Of a stretch of 64,000 bases of DNA, positions 58,708-64,000 are shown piece by piece. The number at the start of each line of letters is the position of its first letter. Position 1 is the first letter of the stretch. Made by a program: the position numbers and the translations under genes. The notes under the pieces were generated by a model, which was given only the letters and a program-made list of their open reading frames with translations, had not been told where the DNA came from and searched no databases. The DNA is from an uncultured Pirellulales bacterium. Its GTDB lineage: Bacteria > Planctomycetota > Phycisphaerae > Sedimentisphaerales > Anaerobacaceae. The DNA lies in the NCBI GenBank assembly GCA_964354365.1, contig CAYGZM010000004.1, positions 1,559 to 65,558 on the forward strand, given 5' to 3'.

Positions 58708-59673
58708 CTACTCATTATGCGGGCCGGGACACTTGAGGAGGAACTCAATTAGCTCATCCACGTTAGCCGTAGCAAGGGCTATACAGGAGTCCGCAGCGCC
58801 GTAATACATAAAGATCTTTTTGCCTTTTGTCGTCCAGCCACACGGAAAAACGACATCGTCCACATCGCCCTCACGCTCATAATGGGCTTTGGGGCCAAAA
58901 ACCCACTCCTCCGACCGGCGAATCACAACCGTTGGCTGCTCAAGGTCAAGCAGGGCAAGTCCCAGCCGATAAATGGAGCCGGAAGCCGTCGTCCGCACAC
59001 CGTGATAGAGAATGAGCCATCCCTCCGGCGTTTCGAGAGGAGGGGCTGAAAGCCCTATCTTATTGGCATCCCACCATCCGCCCGACCGGGCCCGAATCAC
59101 TTCCTGGTGGTCGCCCCAGTGCTTCAAATCCGGCGAAAAAGAAATCCATATATCGCCCGATGTATTCGGCGCCACCGGCCTGTGAAACATCGCCCATCGG
59201 CCATCGAACCTGACGGGGAAAAGTGCGGCATCCTTATCTTCGGGCGGCATAACAGGACCGAGGCGCGTGAACTGGCGGAAGTCTTTAGTCGTAGCCAGCG
59301 ACACAAGCGGCCCGCCGTGCGAAAAGGCGGTATAAGTGACCGCCCACGTCTCCAGCTCCGCCAGCCAGGTCAATCTCGGGTCCTCAATGCCCCAAATCTC
59401 CTCAGGATGGTGTTCCGGGTCAGGCATCAAGGTTGGAGCGGGGTCGATAACCCATCCGTCCACGCCGTCGTCGCTGCGAGCCACAGTCAGATGAGAAAAC
59501 CCTCTGAAATCCTCTACCCGAACCAGCAGCACGGTTTTACCATCGACAATTGCCGCCGCCGCATTAAAGACCGAATTCGCCGGATAGGGCCAGTCTTTAA
59601 CCGAGAGAATTGGATTGTCGGGGTGTCTGCAGAACAGTTCGTGGGCAACCCTGTTATTCATAGTCGTTTTCAC
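58708..59673 (-). CDS. GH130-family glycoside phosphorylase/hydrolase (beta-mannoside type)
   Basis: NPILSVKDWPYPANSVFNAAAAIVDGKTVLLVRVEDFRGFSHLTVARSDDGVDGW and LILYHGV ... YRLGLALLDLEQP follow the five-bladed beta-propeller GH130 pattern. Confidence 0.8.
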   Translation of the reverse strand: MKTTMNNRVAHELFCRHPDNPILSVKDWPYPANSVFNAAAAIVDGKTVLLVRVEDFRGFSHLTVARSDDGVDGWVIDPAPTLMPDPEHHPEEIWGIEDPRLTWLAELETWAVTYTAFSHGGPLVSLATTKDFRQFTRLGPVMPPEDKDAALFPVRFDGRWAMFHRPVAPNTSGDIWISFSPDLKHWGDHQEVIRARSGGWWDANKIGLSAPPLETPEGWLILYHGVRTTASGSIYRLGLALLDLEQPTVVIRRSEEWVFGPKAHYEREGDVDDVVFPCGWTTKGKKIFMYYGAADSCIALATANVDELIEFLLKCPGPHNE

Positions 59674-59697
59674 AATTGCACGCTATCTCCAAAAGCC

Positions 59698-60282
59698 TTA
59701 AGACGGTCCAAGTATCTGGGTCAAACCTTTCCTTATCAGCATTGTGGCGATAGCCGCCAGCAGAAGGCTCATCACTTTGGAGAGGGCCTTTGAGCCGGCG
59801 TCGCCGAGCACCCTCATAAGAACCGAAGATGCGCTGAGTATTATACCAGCCAACAGGACATTTACCACCACCGATATAAGGGTGGCGACCAGCCCGTACT
59901 GCGATATTATGATCATCGAGGTTGTCAAGACCGCGGGGCCGACAATCAGCGGCGTGCCGAGAGGAACGGCGCCGAGCTGCTGACCCGGCATTCGCCGCCT
60001 CATGACCGGGTTGATAATGTCCGTTATGGCCAGGCAGAAGAGTATCGCGCCTCCGGCGATCATAAAATCGCCTATGGTAATACCGAGCAGTTTGAACACG
60101 GCCTTGCCCAGGAACACAAAGCCAACCGCCAGAAGCAGCGCAGTCAGCACCGACTGAGTGATGGTTTTTGTTTTTTCGTCCCGCCTCATCCCCTCAGTCA
60201 GGGAGACAAAGATGGGCAGGACGCCCACGGCGTCAACCGCCACAAATATCGGGATGAAGGCTAACAGGATATTTTTGGCCAT
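59698..60282 (-). CDS. MarC-family (UPF0056) integral membrane protein
   Basis: MAKNILLAFIPIFVAVDAVGVLPIFVSL plus six hydrophobic segments. ATG 60282 is preferred over TTG 60309, which overlaps the ATPase stop. Confidence 0.8.
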   Translation of the reverse strand: MAKNILLAFIPIFVAVDAVGVLPIFVSLTEGMRRDEKTKTITQSVLTALLLAVGFVFLGKAVFKLLGITIGDFMIAGGAILFCLAITDIINPVMRRRMPGQQLGAVPLGTPLIVGPAVLTTSMIIISQYGLVATLISVVVNVLLAGIILSASSVLMRVLGDAGSKALSKVMSLLLAAIATMLIRKGLTQILGPS

Positions 60283-60305
60283 ACAACGAGTCCTGCAAAA
60301 GAGAA

Positions 60306-63002
60306 TCAATATAGTTCGCTTGTCCGTCTATTTACCTTCTTGACTATTTCCATAGCCCACAGTGGAAACGAAGAAATGGCAACCACCAAGACCCAGTCAA
60401 ATATGCCCAGCGGCCTGGTCTTGAATATGTTTTGCAGAAATGGGACATAAACGACCGACATTTGCAGACAGAATGAGCCAACCGTTGCAAGAACCAACTT
60501 TTTATTTGTAAGCACCCCAATCTTGAATAACGATACGGTCATGCTTCGGCAATTAAAGGCGTGAAACAACTGGCTGCAGGACAAGACGATGAACGCGGCG
60601 GTCCTGGCCCTGTCAACATCCTTCTTTTCGACAAATAGAACGAAGCTAAAAGCCAAAAGGCTGCAGAAAGCAATAAAGGCCCCTTGAGCCAGCATCAGAA
60701 ACGCCCGCGGCACGGTAACTACCGCCTCATCGGTTAATCGCGGAGGGCGCTTCATAATATCAGGGTCAACAGGGTCAACGCCTAAAGCTAATGCGGGGAA
60801 ACCATCGGTTATCAAATTTATCCAAAGAATTTGAATAGGCAGCAAAGGAACGGGCAAGCCTATAAGCGAAGCGGTGAACATCACCAGGATTTCGCCGACG
60901 TTGCAGGAAAGAAGATAGTGAATGAATTTCTTGATATTATCATAGATGCCTCTTCCCTCTTCCACGGCAGCCACAATGGAGGCGAAGTTGTCGTCCGTGA
61001 TAATCATCTCGGAGACTTCTTTTGTAACGTCCGTGCCGGTAATCCCCATCGCAACTCCGACATCCGCTTCCTTGACGGCAGGAGCATCGTTCACGCCGTC
61101 GCCGGTCATGGCTACTATCTCGTTGCGGCTGCGCCAGGCGCGCACAATCCTTAGTTTATGCTCCGCAGTAACGCGGGCATATACGGGTATTCTGTCCAGG
61201 CGGCTCCGCAACTCTTCGTCGCCCAGTCTATCTAATTCTTCTCCGGTCAAAGCCAAAGAACCCTCATCAAAAAATCCCAATTCTTTAGCAATGGCCGCAG
61301 CCGTATTCTTATGGTCCCCGGTAATCATCACGGTTCTTATGCCGGCGGATTTACATGCTGCGACCGCCTTCTTAACCTCTTCACGGGGAGGGTCGATCAT
61401 CGCCGCCAGCCCCGCAAAGACAAGATTCTTCTCAATAGCATCAGAAAATGACTTCTCCGGCTGATAGCCATCCAATATCTTGTAAGCGACTGCCAGGACC
61501 CTCATCGCTGAATCAGCCAGGGCGCCATTGACCCTGAGAATCTCTTCTCTGTCGGTATTCGTTAATTCTCTTACCCGGTTATGTTCTTCAATGGAAGTGC
61601 AGTCCTTCAATAACACATCAGGCGCCCCCTTTACAAAGGCAACCGTTTTTTCCGCTTCACGGCGTATTACAGTCATTTTCTTGCGCTGCGAATCAAAGGG
61701 AATTTCATCAACAAAAGGAAATTCCTTCTCCGCCTTTTCCTTTCTTATGTCCGCCTTGGCTGCAAGAGTGAGAAGCGCTCCTTCCGTAGGGTCGCCGACT
61801 ATCTTATACCCGTCACTATCCTGAATAAGCTGCGCTCCATTACATAACACGCCGCAAAACAGGGTCTTATTCAATCCCGGATGGTCCGAGAGGTTCACCT
61901 TGTTTCCCTGGAACCGGAATTCTCCTTTTGGCTCATAGCCTACGCCGCTCACATCAAAGACCTTGCCGTCTGCAAAAACCGCCTGAACAGTCATTTCATT
62001 CTTGGTTAACGTCCCGGTCTTGTCCGAACAGATTACCGTGGCACAGCCGAGGGTCTCCACGGAAGGAAGTTTGCGGATGAGCGCGTGACGCTTGACCATT
62101 CGCTGCACACCCAGAGCCAGTGCAATGGTTACGACCGCCGGAAGACCTTCCGGTATGGCGGCGACAGCCAGACTCACGGCCGTTAATAAGACCTCTATAA
62201 TTTTTCCTCCGCGCGCCCATTCGAGAAGAAATACTATGCCTACCAGGAAGAAGCAAAGATAGATTATCCATTTGCCGAATTTCTCCAATTTTTTCTGCAA
62301 CGGAGTTGATTCACGGGGAATCTCCTGAATCAATCCGGCGATTTTGCCCAACTCCGTCTGCATGCCGGTTTGGGCGACTAATGCCCTTGCCTTTCCGGAA
62401 GAAACCGAGGTTCCCGGATAGACCATATTTGCGCGGTCGGCCAGGGGCACATCTTCTTTGAGGGCGGCAGCGGTCTTCAAGACAGGCGTGGATTCCCCGG
62501 TAAGGCTTGCCTCCTGGACGCTAAAATTTGAGGTAAGCCAAGCAAGACGGCTGTCTGCCGGGACATTATCTCCGGCTTCCAATTCAATGAGGTCTCCGGG
62601 AACAAGCTCAGAAGAAGGTATGACTCCATGCCGGCCGTCACGGATGACTTTTGAGGTGGGGCTGGATAATTTTTTCAGGGCAGCCAGTGATTTCTCGGCG
62701 CGGTGTTCCTGAACAAAACCGAGAATAGCATTCAAAACTACAATGGCAATTATGGCAAAGGCATCGACCCATTCCTGTAAAAACCCCGAGACCAAAGCAG
62801 CCCCGATCAAGATCCAGATAATAAGGTCATGGAATTGCTCCAAGAAAATACTTAAGGCGGAACGGCCCTTCTTCTCCGTTAGCTGGTTAAGGCCGAATTT
62901 GTCCCGGCGTATTTTGATTTCGGAGAGAGTAAGCCCCTCGTCGGGGTTGGTTGAAAGTATTCCTGCAACCTGTGTGATATCCTTGCGCCACCACTGTTCC
63001 AT
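60306..63002 (-). CDS. P-type ATPase, Ca2+-transporting (P2A/P2B-like)
   Basis: Phosphorylation motif ICSDKTGTLT. TGES (SLTGES). MITGDHKNTA. TGDGVNDAPAVKEADVG. N-terminal cation-ATPase-N domain. PEGLPAV in TM4. 898 aa. Confidence 0.93.
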   Translation of the reverse strand: MEQWWRKDITQVAGILSTNPDEGLTLSEIKIRRDKFGLNQLTEKKGRSALSIFLEQFHDLIIWILIGAALVSGFLQEWVDAFAIIAIVVLNAILGFVQEHRAEKSLAALKKLSSPTSKVIRDGRHGVIPSSELVPGDLIELEAGDNVPADSRLAWLTSNFSVQEASLTGESTPVLKTAAALKEDVPLADRANMVYPGTSVSSGKARALVAQTGMQTELGKIAGLIQEIPRESTPLQKKLEKFGKWIIYLCFFLVGIVFLLEWARGGKIIEVLLTAVSLAVAAIPEGLPAVVTIALALGVQRMVKRHALIRKLPSVETLGCATVICSDKTGTLTKNEMTVQAVFADGKVFDVSGVGYEPKGEFRFQGNKVNLSDHPGLNKTLFCGVLCNGAQLIQDSDGYKIVGDPTEGALLTLAAKADIRKEKAEKEFPFVDEIPFDSQRKKMTVIRREAEKTVAFVKGAPDVLLKDCTSIEEHNRVRELTNTDREEILRVNGALADSAMRVLAVAYKILDGYQPEKSFSDAIEKNLVFAGLAAMIDPPREEVKKAVAACKSAGIRTVMITGDHKNTAAAIAKELGFFDEGSLALTGEELDRLGDEELRSRLDRIPVYARVTAEHKLRIVRAWRSRNEIVAMTGDGVNDAPAVKEADVGVAMGITGTDVTKEVSEMIITDDNFASIVAAVEEGRGIYDNIKKFIHYLLSCNVGEILVMFTASLIGLPVPLLPIQILWINLITDGFPALALGVDPVDPDIMKRPPRLTDEAVVTVPRAFLMLAQGAFIAFCSLLAFSFVLFVEKKDVDRARTAAFIVLSCSQLFHAFNCRSMTVSLFKIGVLTNKKLVLATVGSFCLQMSVVYVPFLQNIFKTRPLGIFDWVLVVAISSFPLWAMEIVKKVNRRTSELY

Positions 63003-63147
63003 TGACCTTCAAGCTCCATTGTGAGACAGAACTGCTATTTAACCATCAAAGTATAAGTCAACATCTGTTTGCATCGATACCCGTCATAAGATCGCCGGTA
63101 AGCGCCTTGAGCTTCGCCGGCGGATATCGAGGCTCCTTTGCCGATGC

Positions 63148-64000
63148 TCAGACGAGCCTCGATGACTCTTTGTCATCTGCGCCAACCGCTTTGAGAAAGC
63201 GGCGCTGGATCAATTTCAGCAAATTTCTGCGTTCGGCTTCCGTGCCTTCCGGCAGCGGAACCTGGCCGCCGGCGTAGCTGTGGTGTCCGCCGCCGGCGCC
63301 CTTTCTGGCGACGACCGAGCGGACTATCTTATCGGCTCTGCCGTCTTCGTCGAGGCTGCGAATCGAGATGAGCAGCCTGCCCTGATAGAAGCCGCTGCAC
63401 ATCGTCCAGATTATGTCCTCGTCGCGCAACAACAGGTCGGCGACTTCCCCTATCATATCAGGATTGTCTATCGTATCCAGAGTCGTTATTACGCTGCGTC
63501 CGTAAACGCGTGCGTTCTCCAGGGCCTTTGTCAACATTGCAAAGTATGGTCGTTCGACGCTGCCCCGCTGGATTTCGCCCAGCATCCTGTGATTCGCCAG
63601 CGGAAAGAGGAAGTCAATCGCGTCGATATCCGCCCGGACAGCCTCCCGCCCGAGGTCCTGGGTGTCGGAGCGGATGCCGAACAACAAAGCCGTCGCCAGC
63701 GCCATGTCCGGCGGTATCCCCAGCTCGATAAGGTATTCGACGAGTATTGTGGATGTGGCGCCGTACTTGCTCCGCACATCTGCGACCGCGGCGGCCTTGC
63801 TGGCGCGACGAAACGGATGGTGGTCTATGACAATATCCGGTATCACACCCTCGGGCACACAATTGTTCCCCGTGCCGGGCTGGGTGTCAACCGTTGCAAC
63901 CAAATCAAACTTCGCAAAGTCAATTTCGCTGCACGGACGAAGATTCAGCCTAAGATACTGCACCAGCGCCCTATTCTCGCCCCGTCCGATTCTCCCGCCG
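63148..64000 (-). CDS. DHH/DHHA1-family phosphoesterase (NrnA-like), 5' end beyond the window
   Basis: VIDHHP (DHH motif), TVDT (motif II) and the GGGH DHHA1 motif (GAGGGHHSYAGG). The reading frame stays open upstream of GTG 63963 to the window edge, and motif I is missing, so the gene probably starts outside the window. Confidence 0.8.
   Translation of the reverse strand, partial: GGRIGRGENRALVQYLRLNLRPCSEIDFAKFDLVATVDTQPGTGNNCVPEGVIPDIVIDHHPFRRASKAAAVADVRSKYGATSTILVEYLIELGIPPDMALATALLFGIRSDTQDLGREAVRADIDAIDFLFPLANHRMLGEIQRGSVERPYFAMLTKALENARVYGRSVITTLDTIDNPDMIGEVADLLLRDEDIIWTMCSGFYQGRLLISIRSLDEDGRADKIVRSVVARKGAGGGHHSYAGGQVPLPEGTEAERRNLLKLIQRRFLKAVGADDKESSRLV

Overview
High-GC bacterial chromosomal window, densely coded, with four blocks. 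The taxon cannot be fixed from the sequence. The repeat families and gene content remind me of Planctomycetota/PVC-type genomes, at low confidence. (1) 25-19596, minus strand: a tightly packed, largely translationally coupled cluster of about 10 genes. It holds three giant multidomain glycosyltransferase/methyltransferase fusions (1477, 827 and 1666 aa), a SAM methyltransferase, a nucleotide-sugar dehydrogenase, a radical-SAM enzyme and several TPR-bearing glycosyltransferases. It lies directly downstream of flgL. (2) 20216-47821: a flagellar regulon. On the minus strand: flgD-flgE-(PilZ)-flgF-flgG-flgA-flgH-flgI-flgJ(rod-binding only)-flgN-flgK-flgL, behind a textbook sigma-54 promoter. On the plus strand: a sigma-54 activator, then a second sigma-54 promoter driving a membrane TPR protein, a secreted proline-rich protein, a second sigma-54 response regulator, fliL-fliM-fliN-flhA, a small membrane protein, fliA, four small or lipoprotein genes, and flgM. 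(3) 47.8-55.2 kb: repeat-rich accessory DNA. It contains a visibly low-GC islet with a DNA methyltransferase fused to an Mrr-like nuclease domain, divergent from a TPR + HEPN (Rx4H) protein, which is a candidate defence module. (4) 55.2-64 kb: carbohydrate enzymes (alpha/alpha-barrel GH, GT4, PIG-L deacetylase, GH130), a MarC transporter, a Ca-type P-type ATPase and a partial DHH phosphoesterase. Nearly every long intergenic gap is filled by a few families of short palindromic, MITE-like repeats. One 75-nt copy sits in frame inside the receiver domain of the second sigma-54 regulator. No rRNA, tRNA or CRISPR array was recognised. All functional calls rest on motif recognition by eye. No database search was run.
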